Of a stretch of DNA of 64,000 nt, positions 56,725-64,000 are shown piece after piece (position 1 is the stretch's first letter; each line of letters opens with the position of its first letter). Source of the DNA: an uncultured Candidatus Saccharibacteria bacterium (GTDB lineage: Bacteria > Patescibacteriota > Minisyncoccia > Phycocordibacterales > UBA2100). Made by a program: the position numbers and the translations under genes. The notes below the pieces were generated by a model. That model did no database searches and was not told the origin of the DNA. It worked only from the letters and a program-made list of their open reading frames with translations. The stretch covers positions 297,372 through 361,371 of the forward strand of contig CAZELA010000001.1 in the NCBI GenBank assembly GCA_964512835.1. The letters run 5' to 3'.

Positions 56725-57999
56725 ATGGATAGGATTGCCCATTTTGGGGCGACCGCTTTTGCGTCGCTCTCTATACGGAGTTACCGTCGCCTGTTCGTTT
56801 CGCAGGCGATCGCTCTTTCGGGCACGTGGATGCAGATTGTCGCGCTCGGCTGGCTTGCGCTGCAACTCACCGGCTCGGGCGGGCAATTGGGATTGATCGT
56901 TGCCGCACAATTTTTACCGCTGCTTTTGTTTGCGCCGTGGGGCGGACTGCTTGCCGATCGTTCCGACAAGAAGATGATATTGCAGTACACACAATACGCG
57001 TATGTCGTCACGTCGATTGTACTGGGGTTACTTGTCGTAAGCGGACATATCGAGATATGGATGCTCTATATATTCGCGCTTGTGCTCGGGTTTGTGCGCG
57101 TGTTTGAAATGCCTGCGCGTCAGACAATCATTTCGGAACTCGTTTCTCCCGATCATCTGAAAAACGCCATCAGTCTCAATGCGTCCGTGAACAATCTTGC
57201 GCGCGCGATCGGTCCGTCTATTGGCGGTATCGTCATTGCAACAGCCGGTATCGGGTTCTGTTTTTTCTTTAATGCATTTACCTACGTGGTTGCCGCATAC
57301 GTGCTCACGCTTATCCGGGAGAATGAAATAACGCGCTCCGCACCCGCATCGCGTGCACCGGGTCAGCTCAGAGCGGGCTGGGCCTACGTGTGGAATACGC
57401 CGCTTATCCGCGACCTTTTGATCATGATCACGATTATCGGAACGTTCACGTTTGAGTTCCAGATCTCGCTCGCGCTATTGGCAAAGGTTACCTTTGGTAG
57501 TGATGCAACCGCATACGCAGCGCTTATGTCCGCATTTGGTGCGGGTGCCGCTATCGGCGGCATTATCGCCGCAAGCCGCAGTGAGACAGGCCCTGCTCCG
57601 TTCCTGGGATTTGGCGCACTTGCGGGGTTCAGTATTTTACTCGCGTCTGTCGCGCCCTCGCTCGGACTCGCCATTGCAGGCATGGTGCTCGTGGGGTTCT
57701 TTACGGTAAATATGGTGTCGACCGCAAATTCCATGATCCAAATGGAGTCGCATCCGGAAATGCGCGGACGCGTCATGGCGATCTGGAGCATGGCGATGAT
57801 GGGATCAACGCCGATTGGCGGCCCGATCATCGGATGGATCGGTGAATACACGGACGCCCGCGTGGCGCTCGCAACGGGTGGCGCTGCGATGCTGATCGCG
57901 GTTGTGTACGGGTACATCGCGCTCGTGCGCAAAAAGCCCGCCGACCACATCGCCCCCGACACCTCGCTCATCAAACTCGCCGAAACCCACCACGCGTAA
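56725..57999 (+). CDS. MFS transporter (EntS-like)
   Basis: 12 predicted TM helices. YRRLFVSQAIALSGTWM start typical of MFS_3. Confidence 0.7.
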   Translation: MDRIAHFGATAFASLSIRSYRRLFVSQAIALSGTWMQIVALGWLALQLTGSGGQLGLIVAAQFLPLLLFAPWGGLLADRSDKKMILQYTQYAYVVTSIVLGLLVVSGHIEIWMLYIFALVLGFVRVFEMPARQTIISELVSPDHLKNAISLNASVNNLARAIGPSIGGIVIATAGIGFCFFFNAFTYVVAAYVLTLIRENEITRSAPASRAPGQLRAGWAYVWNTPLIRDLLIMITIIGTFTFEFQISLALLAKVTFGSDATAYAALMSAFGAGAAIGGIIAASRSETGPAPFLGFGALAGFSILLASVAPSLGLAIAGMVLVGFFTVNMVSTANSMIQMESHPEMRGRVMAIWSMAMMGSTPIGGPIIGWIGEYTDARVALATGGAAMLIAVVYGYIALVRKKPADHIAPDTSLIKLAETHHA

Positions 58000-58092
58000 A
58001 GATAAATAAGCGTTCATAGCGCAACCATAAAAGTACTGATAGCGTGAGTGCGGGCACCACAAGGTGCACCTGTATATAGAGGAGGAAACGGA

Positions 58093-58359
58093 ATGAGGAA
58101 ATTCGTCCTGGTTGCGGCAGTTGTTCTTGCTGCCAGCCATGTTTCGGCACCCGCGAGCGCACAGGGTGTCGGGATTTATGTCGGCCCCGGTGGCGCCGGC
58201 GTCACGGTCGGCCCGCAGGGACCGCCGTATGCCGGTCAGCGATACTACGATGATCGACCGCGCGGCTACTATCGCGAGGGTCCGCCTGTGCAGCGCTGCC
58301 GCACCATCTGGGTCGACCGCGGAGGGTGGACCGAGCGGGTTCGTACCTGCGACTACTGA
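58093..58359 (+). CDS. small secreted Gly/Pro-rich protein
   Basis: GGAGGAAA RBS, signal peptide MRKFVLVAAVVLAASHVSAPASA. Confidence 0.4.
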   Translation: MRKFVLVAAVVLAASHVSAPASAQGVGIYVGPGGAGVTVGPQGPPYAGQRYYDDRPRGYYREGPPVQRCRTIWVDRGGWTERVRTCDY

Positions 58360-58384
58360 TCACGCGTTTCTACACGACATGCAA

Positions 58385-58414
58385 GGCGGGCCCCGTGCCC
58401 GCCTTTTTGTTTTG
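58385..58414 (+). terminator. rho-independent terminator
   Basis: GGCGGGC-cccgt-GCCCGCC then TTTTTGTTTTG. Confidence 0.8.
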
Positions 58415-58439
58415 GGCGCGGGCACGATACGATGTGTGA

Positions 58440-59774
58440 ATGCGTTCCCGAATAGCATTCATTGCGCTGCTGTTGCTTGCGCCATCATTTGTTTCCGCCG
58501 CGATTACCTCAGACCTACGGTACGGTTCAAAAGGTCCTCAGGTAAGTGAGCTTCAGCAATTTCTTATAGCGCAGAATATTCTCGTGGGAACTCCGACGGG
58601 AAATTTTTATACGATCACACAAAACGGAGTAAAAACATTCCAGCGACTTGTCGGTTTACCACAAACCGGCTTTGTAGGGCCGATGACGCGTGCAGAAATA
58701 AACGTACGCCTCCTCGGTGCGGCAAAAGCGTCGTCTACGCCCGCTGTGTCGACGCCGACCATTCCGGCCGTCACCGCATCGACATCGCCGGAGGTGGCGG
58801 CGTTAATTGCGCAGGTGCAAAAGATGCTTGGCGGTCTGCCGGGCGGTAATCAGTCGGCGGCTATCACGCAGACCGTTGCGACATCCACGACGCCGTTCGA
58901 GTTCGATCAAAAATGGCGCAATGCTGTCGTGAATTTGTTCTGCACCGATCGCTACGGCGGCGGGCTCTCGAGCGGTAGCGGTGTGATCATCGACCCGCGC
59001 GGCATCATCCTTACGAACGCGCACGTGGCACTCGATTTCTTGTTCCAGGATTGGCCGAACCCGAGCATCACTGAATGCGTTGTGCGCACGGGTATGCCTG
59101 CCTATCCTACATACAAGGCGATGCTTATCTATTTCCCGCAGGGATATGTGCAGGACACGGTATCTGCTCAGCCGGGCGCGAGCGACGACACCTTCCAATA
59201 CGGCAAAGACGACTACGCGCTTTTGGTTATTACGGGGCCAAGTAACGCACAGGTATCAATGCCGGCATCATTCCCGTATATGCCGATGAACTTTGCTCCA
59301 CCCGCGGTAAAAACGCCGGTGTATTTGTTGGGGTATGCATCCGAGTACGCGAGTTACGAAAGTCTCCAGCGCAGCCTCTACCAACTCGCGTCACCTGCAA
59401 CGGTTGACGCACAGCAGGGATTGCAGGGGAGTCGAACGATCGATGCGGTCGCGTTCAACGGCAACGTGGTCGGGCAGCACGGCTCTTCCGGCGGCGCCGT
59501 CATATTGAACGGCGGCCAGATTGCGGGACTCATGACCTTCTTCGATCGTAATCCGGGCCAGACAACGTCGGAAAAGGTCCTCAATGCTATTACAACCGGA
59601 TATATCGCCCGCGATTTTGAAACAGACACCACTGTGCCGTTTGCCACATTTATGGCAAATGACCCGTTATCGCTTGCTGCTCGTTTTGCCAGCACGACAG
59701 CTCCCGTGTACCAAAAGGCTTTTGCTCAAATGTGGAAGTCCCGCGGCATAACGATCCCCGGATACTACCAATAG
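58440..59774 (+). CDS. secreted S1-family (trypsin-like) serine peptidase with N-terminal peptidoglycan-binding domain
   Basis: Signal peptide. PG_binding_1-like LRYGSKGPQVSELQQFL ... GFVGPMTRAEI. GVIIDPRGIILTNAHV (His), GSSGGAV (Ser). Confidence 0.7.
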   Translation: MRSRIAFIALLLLAPSFVSAAITSDLRYGSKGPQVSELQQFLIAQNILVGTPTGNFYTITQNGVKTFQRLVGLPQTGFVGPMTRAEINVRLLGAAKASSTPAVSTPTIPAVTASTSPEVAALIAQVQKMLGGLPGGNQSAAITQTVATSTTPFEFDQKWRNAVVNLFCTDRYGGGLSSGSGVIIDPRGIILTNAHVALDFLFQDWPNPSITECVVRTGMPAYPTYKAMLIYFPQGYVQDTVSAQPGASDDTFQYGKDDYALLVITGPSNAQVSMPASFPYMPMNFAPPAVKTPVYLLGYASEYASYESLQRSLYQLASPATVDAQQGLQGSRTIDAVAFNGNVVGQHGSSGGAVILNGGQIAGLMTFFDRNPGQTTSEKVLNAITTGYIARDFETDTTVPFATFMANDPLSLAARFASTTAPVYQKAFAQMWKSRGITIPGYYQ

Positions 59775-59775
59775 C

Positions 59776-59805
59776 AAAAACCGACCGCGCTGCGGTCGGT
59801 TTTTG
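59776..59805. terminator. bidirectional terminator
   Basis: AAAAACCGACCGC-gct-GCGGTCGGTTTTT between convergent genes. Confidence 0.8.
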
Positions 59806-59837
59806 TAGGAGATGTGTCCGAGAGAACAATGATCCGA

Positions 59838-60705
59838 CTAGTGTCGGAACATGCCACCGAACGCGTGATCCAATAGGTCGAACACGGTCGTTGTGATGGC
59901 TTTACCCGAGACGGGAGTTGATGTGCCGTTCATGCCGATCGGGAAGAGTCGATGGATACGGTGGAAGATGTCGTGCGTACCCATTGGCGGTGTGGTTGTG
60001 CCCGTCGGAGGAGTCGTCGTGCCCGTTGGCGGGGTCGTGGTTCCCACACCCGGTGTCGTTGTGCTCGTACTGGTCGAGCTTTGGCTGGTGAGTGTCATCT
60101 GCCCGCGCACGACGCCGCCCGGATAGGCGACGGAATGCACATTGGCGTAGATAATGCCTGCCTTCAGCGCATTACCGAGATCCGTCAGGGTTGTGATCGG
60201 CATGGAGCATCCTGTCGTGGTTGCATGGAGGTCCGATGCACTGACCGTCGATGTGGCGACGAGCGTGCCGTTTACATCGGTCGAGCTTGCGCTCGGGTGA
60301 TACATATCGAGTACCACAGGACCGTTCGCCCCCGGGAGACCGCAGTGCAGGTGTGCCGCGGTGATGTCATCACCGTTCCACACACTCAGTACCTGCCACA
60401 TCATCGTGGTGGTGGTAGGCGAACCGGTAGCGCTCGTCATGTCGAACCAGATCCGTGCGTGACCGGTCGTTGTTGCGGTGGACGTACCCACGCCGTTCGT
60501 CGACGTGCTCGTGGTAGCGGAAACAGGCGGAACCTGATTTGTCCCGCTCAAGTCGGCGTCGAACACGTACGAAGTGGTCGTTGTGCCTGTTGTTGACGTT
60601 GCCGTATCCGCGTACGCGAGCGTGGTGTACCCGATCGAAAGCGCAAGCGCGAGTGTTGCACCGAGTGCCAGATACCCGAGCTGTTTCGTAATTGTTTGAT
60701 GCATA
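59838..60705 (-). CDS. secreted CHRD domain protein with Thr/Pro-rich tandem repeats
   Basis: AAHLHCGLPGANGPVVLD and ANVHSVAYPGGVVRGQ CHRD motifs. C-terminal (TTTPPTG)x3. Confidence 0.7.
59980..60063. repeat. 21-nt tandem repeat (x4) within the CHRD gene
   Basis: cccattggcggtgtggttgtg / cccgtcggaggagtcgtcgtg / cccgttggcggggtcgtggtt / cccacacccggtgtcgttgtg encoding TTTPPTG units on the minus strand. Confidence 0.7.
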
Positions 60706-60905
60706 TGTGTTTTCCTTATTGCTAATGTGCTGTGTCTTTTCGACCTGCAACGCATTGTTGAATACCGAAGGAGAAGAGGGCATGAAAGCACGGCAGTACG
60801 GATGCGCGGCCGCGTATGAAATAAGTCCGTCCCGCAGCGTGTATTAGAGAGTGAGAAGCAGCAATGATTCTCACCATGGTTTTAGAAGCTTAATTACAAG
60901 AAAGT

Positions 60906-61610
60906 ATGACAAAGACACAATCCCTCATCGCTATTCCGGCCATCGCGGCAACACTGCTCGCGGGCGGAGCGCTCGCAGGGTATGCAACACTCGCTTCGGC
61001 GCAGACGGCAGACTCATCGACGGGTTCGGCAGTAGCGACAATGATGAAAGGTATGCGAGATCGCGGACCACACGTCCACGGTACCGTCACTGCGGTGAGC
61101 GGCACGACCATCACCATCACTGATGATCGACAGAACACGACGTACACGATCGACGCGAGTGCGGCTACGTTCAAGAAGGCCGCGGAAGGAACGGCTCCGA
61201 CCACAGTAACGATCTCCGAGATCGCAGTAGGTGACACTATCAGTGCAATGGGGACCGTTTCCGGCACGACGGTCAAGGCGACCGAAGTACTGGAAGGCGA
61301 CTTCGGTCGTGGCGGTCACGGCGGCATGGGCGGTCACGGACGAGGTCCCGGCGTTATGGGCACGGTTACGGCAGTCAACGGTTCGACCATCACTGTCACC
61401 GATCAGCGCAGCGGAACGAGCTATACGGTGAACGCAGGTTCGGCAACTGTTCAGAAGATGACAACCGGCGCGCTCAGCGACATCGTCGTGGGCGACACAA
61501 TCGGTGTACAAGGCGATGTATCGGGCTCAACGGTAACAGCAAAGAACATCATGGATGATCTGCCTGTACCCCCGAACGGACCGTCTGCTGCTCCGACGCA
61601 GAATCAGTAA
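60906..61610 (+). CDS. secreted protein with two DUF5666-like repeats separated by a Gly-His-rich linker
   Basis: Signal peptide. Repeats GTVTAVSGTTITITDDRQNTTYTID ... VGDTISAMGTVSG and GTVTAVNGSTITVTDQRSGTSYTVN ... VGDTIGVQGDVSG. GRGGHGGMGGHGRGPG linker. Confidence 0.5.
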   Translation: MTKTQSLIAIPAIAATLLAGGALAGYATLASAQTADSSTGSAVATMMKGMRDRGPHVHGTVTAVSGTTITITDDRQNTTYTIDASAATFKKAAEGTAPTTVTISEIAVGDTISAMGTVSGTTVKATEVLEGDFGRGGHGGMGGHGRGPGVMGTVTAVNGSTITVTDQRSGTSYTVNAGSATVQKMTTGALSDIVVGDTIGVQGDVSGSTVTAKNIMDDLPVPPNGPSAAPTQNQ

Positions 61611-61707
61611 TCAATCGACGACACAACACACTCCAGAGCGCGCAGGCCCCCGACGCTATCAGCACAGGGGGTCTGCGGCATGGAAGACCTGCACTTTCAC
61701 ACGTACT

Positions 61708-62277
61708 ATGTCTCGCATGAGCGCAGCCGATACAGACGAAACGATTGCGTCCCGTGTTCAGGCGGGGGACGCGGATGCCTATGGCGAGCTCGTGGCCCGT
61801 TACGAAGCAAAGCTGCTTCGCTACGGCCGCAAGTTTCTTGCGCGCGACGAGGACCGGCAGGATATCGTGCAGGATGTATTCATCAGTGCGTACCAGAACA
61901 TACAGAGTTTCGATACGACGCAGCGCTTCTCGCCCTGGATGTATCGCATCGCTCACAACGCATTCGTGAACGAAATTCGCAAGAACGAACGCAGGCCGCT
62001 GTTGCCGTTTGATTTCGATACGGTCATCCCGCATGCGGTCTACGAAGATCCCGCAGAGAGCGAGCGGGAACAGAAGGATATGCGCGCGTATCTTGAGCGG
62101 GGGTTAGGCAACATTTCGTCCAAGTACCGCGAAGTATTGGTGCTTCACTATTTCGAAGACATGGCTTACAAGGACATCGCTGATATTCTGCAGGTGCCGC
62201 AAGGCACCGTGGGTATCAGAATAAAACGGGCAAAGGAGGCATTGCGGGCACAGTACACAGATAAAAACTATGAATAA
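61708..62277 (+). CDS. ECF-type RNA polymerase sigma-70 family factor
   Basis: Region 2 DIVQDVFISAYQ ... SPWMYRIAHNAFVNEIRK and region 4 DIADILQVPQGTVGIRIKRAKEAL. Confidence 0.75.
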   Translation: MSRMSAADTDETIASRVQAGDADAYGELVARYEAKLLRYGRKFLARDEDRQDIVQDVFISAYQNIQSFDTTQRFSPWMYRIAHNAFVNEIRKNERRPLLPFDFDTVIPHAVYEDPAESEREQKDMRAYLERGLGNISSKYREVLVLHYFEDMAYKDIADILQVPQGTVGIRIKRAKEALRAQYTDKNYE

Positions 62278-63046
62278 CGAACATCACAAAAAGGAGTCAT
62301 TGAAGGACGCGGTTCTTTCAAAGATCAAAGCGGGGGATGTGGCAATGAAGCCCCGACTGTATTTCACGTTGCAGGTGGGAGCTGTTGCGGTCGTTTCTGT
62401 TGTTGTTCTGATGCTCTCGATCTTTATATTCAATTTCATTCTGTTCTCCATTCGTATCAACAGTCACGATGCGTTCCTGGCGTTTGGCCCGCGAGGTATT
62501 CAGGGGTTCCTTATCTTCTTCCCATGGCTAACGCTCATGCTTGATGTGGTGATGATCGTCATACTGGAATGGCTCATACGTAAGTTTCGCTTCGGATACC
62601 GTATTCCGATGCTCTACATTGTGGGTGCGATACTAGCGCTCACATTCGTCGCCGGGTTTGCTCTCGATCGCGGAACATACTTCAACGACCGGCTCATGGA
62701 TCGAGCAGAACACGAAGGCCTGCCGCCTCCGCTCGCGTTTATGTATCATGGTGCCCGTCATGCGCCGCACGACGGAATCTGTCGCTGTACGGTCACTGCT
62801 ATTGAGAATTCGACAATCACGGTTGCCGATTTCCGCGACGGGGCGACAACGACCTACACAGTCCTCTTGCCGACTGATGATATACGAGCGACTTCGTCCA
62901 ATATCAAAGTCGGAGACGTAGTGTTCGTTGCGGGGGACAAGGATGAGGATGGTACGATTCGCGCCTTCGGCGTACGAAAGGAGAGCGACAAAGGGTACCG
63001 GAGCCGACCGCCTCAAGAGATTCCTGCGCAGGAGCGAATGAAATAA
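62270..63046 (+). CDS. putative anti-sigma factor, membrane protein with C-terminal DUF5666-like module
   Basis: ATGAATAA overlap with the sigma gene. Three or four TM helices. C-terminal CTVTAIENSTITVADFRDGATTTYTV ... VGDVVFVAGD resembles the repeat of the 60906 gene. Confidence 0.5.
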   Translation: MNNEHHKKESLKDAVLSKIKAGDVAMKPRLYFTLQVGAVAVVSVVVLMLSIFIFNFILFSIRINSHDAFLAFGPRGIQGFLIFFPWLTLMLDVVMIVILEWLIRKFRFGYRIPMLYIVGAILALTFVAGFALDRGTYFNDRLMDRAEHEGLPPPLAFMYHGARHAPHDGICRCTVTAIENSTITVADFRDGATTTYTVLLPTDDIRATSSNIKVGDVVFVAGDKDEDGTIRAFGVRKESDKGYRSRPPQEIPAQERMK

Positions 63047-63130
63047 TATCGATGCCTCGAGTGTATTAAGAGTATCGTGCCGGTGCACGAGTATTCTCTT
63101 TTAACACAATCCCTGCGATACTCTCTTCAT

Positions 63131-64000
63131 ATGCCTAGTGTTCGCTCTCTTTCCGCGCGTCTCTCGAATACATATACATGGGCGAAGGCACATCTCTATA
63201 TATCGGGACTTATCGCTATTGTGGTACTCGGCGGCGGCTACTATGCCTACGGAACGATTACGTCGACAGACGGGGAAACGCTGTATACGTTGGGTACCGT
63301 CTCCAAAAAAACCATCGTTGAATCCGTATCGGCATCCGGGCAAGTATCGGCCTCGAACGAGCTTTCCGTTACTGCCGACGTATCCGGCGATCTCACATCG
63401 GTGGCAGTAAAAGCGGGGCAGAAAGTCGGAGCCGGCGCAGTACTCGCGCGTGTCGATTCCTCGGACGCATATCGCACGCTTCGCGATGCGCAGGCAAATT
63501 TGGAAACCGCAAAACTCTCGCTGCAAAAAGTGCAGGCGCCCGCATCCGGTCTCACGCTCACGCAGGCACAGAATGCGCTTGCAGCGGCGGAAGACGCCAA
63601 GCGTACCGCCGACGAAAATCTTGCAAAAGCATATTTTAATTCAAACGGCGACATCGTCAGCGTCTTTTTGGATGTACCGGATATGGTGGCCTCGCTCGAG
63701 AGTATCCTTACCGGAACCGACGCCAATCGCTCACAGTGGAATATGGACTACTACGTAAACTCCATGCAGCAGTTCAATGACAAGGCGCAGATCTATCGCA
63801 ATGATGCGTATCAGAAGTTCACGAAGGCAAAAGTATCGTACACAAGCGCATATGCGCAGTATCAGACGCTCGGAACGAATGCAACACCTCAGCAGACGGA
63901 GGCGATGTTGTCCGAGTCCAAAGATATGCTCGATGCGCTTGCAGAAGCGATCAAAAGTACGGACGCCTTTATACGGCTCTACAAAACAACAATGGAGGGT
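63131..64000 (+). CDS. HlyD/MacA-like periplasmic adaptor (membrane fusion) protein, 3' partial at window edge
   Basis: Open frame from ATG 63131 to the window end (absent from track because it has no stop). TM anchor, then biotinyl-lipoyl-like SGQVSASNELSVTADVSGDLTSVAVKAGQKVGAGAVLARVDS and coiled-coil. Confidence 0.6.
   Translation, partial: MPSVRSLSARLSNTYTWAKAHLYISGLIAIVVLGGGYYAYGTITSTDGETLYTLGTVSKKTIVESVSASGQVSASNELSVTADVSGDLTSVAVKAGQKVGAGAVLARVDSSDAYRTLRDAQANLETAKLSLQKVQAPASGLTLTQAQNALAAAEDAKRTADENLAKAYFNSNGDIVSVFLDVPDMVASLESILTGTDANRSQWNMDYYVNSMQQFNDKAQIYRNDAYQKFTKAKVSYTSAYAQYQTLGTNATPQQTEAMLSESKDMLDALAEAIKSTDAFIRLYKTTMEG

Noticed and set aside
63247-63726. 159-aa minus-strand ORF
   Set aside because: It is antisense to the open-ended plus-strand HlyD-like reading frame (63131 to window end), which has clear adaptor-protein motifs. 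The minus translation is Ser/Ala/Thr low complexity.
1-64000. CRISPR array or other long tandem direct-repeat arrays
   Set aside because: Scanning by eye found no repeat-spacer periodicity. The only tandem repeats are the 21-nt coding repeat in the CHRD gene and the three short TTGACA-containing repeats in the NrtR intergenic region.

Overview
High-GC (about 60%) bacterial chromosomal window, 64 kb, densely coded on both strands with many hairpin plus U-run terminators. Lineage is not assignable, but the gene content is rich in secreted proteins with peptidoglycan-binding domains. Housekeeping anchors are IMP dehydrogenase (guaB, minus), EngB, TrhO, RsuA-like, ABC-F, MsrA, MsrB, HtpX and tRNA-Gln(UUG). 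Main blocks: (i) 1-4.4 kb, two pairs of overlapping or translationally coupled genes of unrecognised family; (ii) 7.7-11.2 kb, a GH1 beta-glucosidase, GH17-like glucanase and transporter-like membrane protein on the minus strand; (iii) tRNA-Gln at 11852-11922 with a 20-bp hairpin through its own 3' end and rearranged copies of that end just downstream, followed by a roughly 13 kb visibly lower-GC accessory region (about 12.2-25.2 kb) packed with small stress or detox-type genes (GFA, cupin, GNAT x2, CDF, YdeI, DUF1801, VanZ, NUDIX, CYTH, DUF1697, SET domain), ending at a roughly 330-nt non-coding stretch carrying tRNA T-arm-like motifs; (iv) 37.5-44.8 kb, the most interesting locus, an ADP-ribosylglycohydrolase convergent with an NrtR-type Nudix regulator that is divergently linked through a repeat-rich promoter region to a tightly packed four-gene operon: unrecognised 397-aa protein, catalytically degenerate kinase-fold protein, vWA/MIDAS protein and a divergent adenylosuccinate-synthetase (PurA)-like enzyme, a combination I do not recognise from any known pathway or defence system; (v) 45-64 kb, mixed housekeeping and envelope genes (M15 carboxypeptidase, EVE, YHYH, GIY-YIG, SPFH, MFS, S1 protease, CHRD, ECF sigma and anti-sigma, partial HlyD-like adaptor). 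No CRISPR array, integrase, transposase or rRNA was seen. All calls rest on motifs read by eye from the ORF track; nothing was searched against a database.
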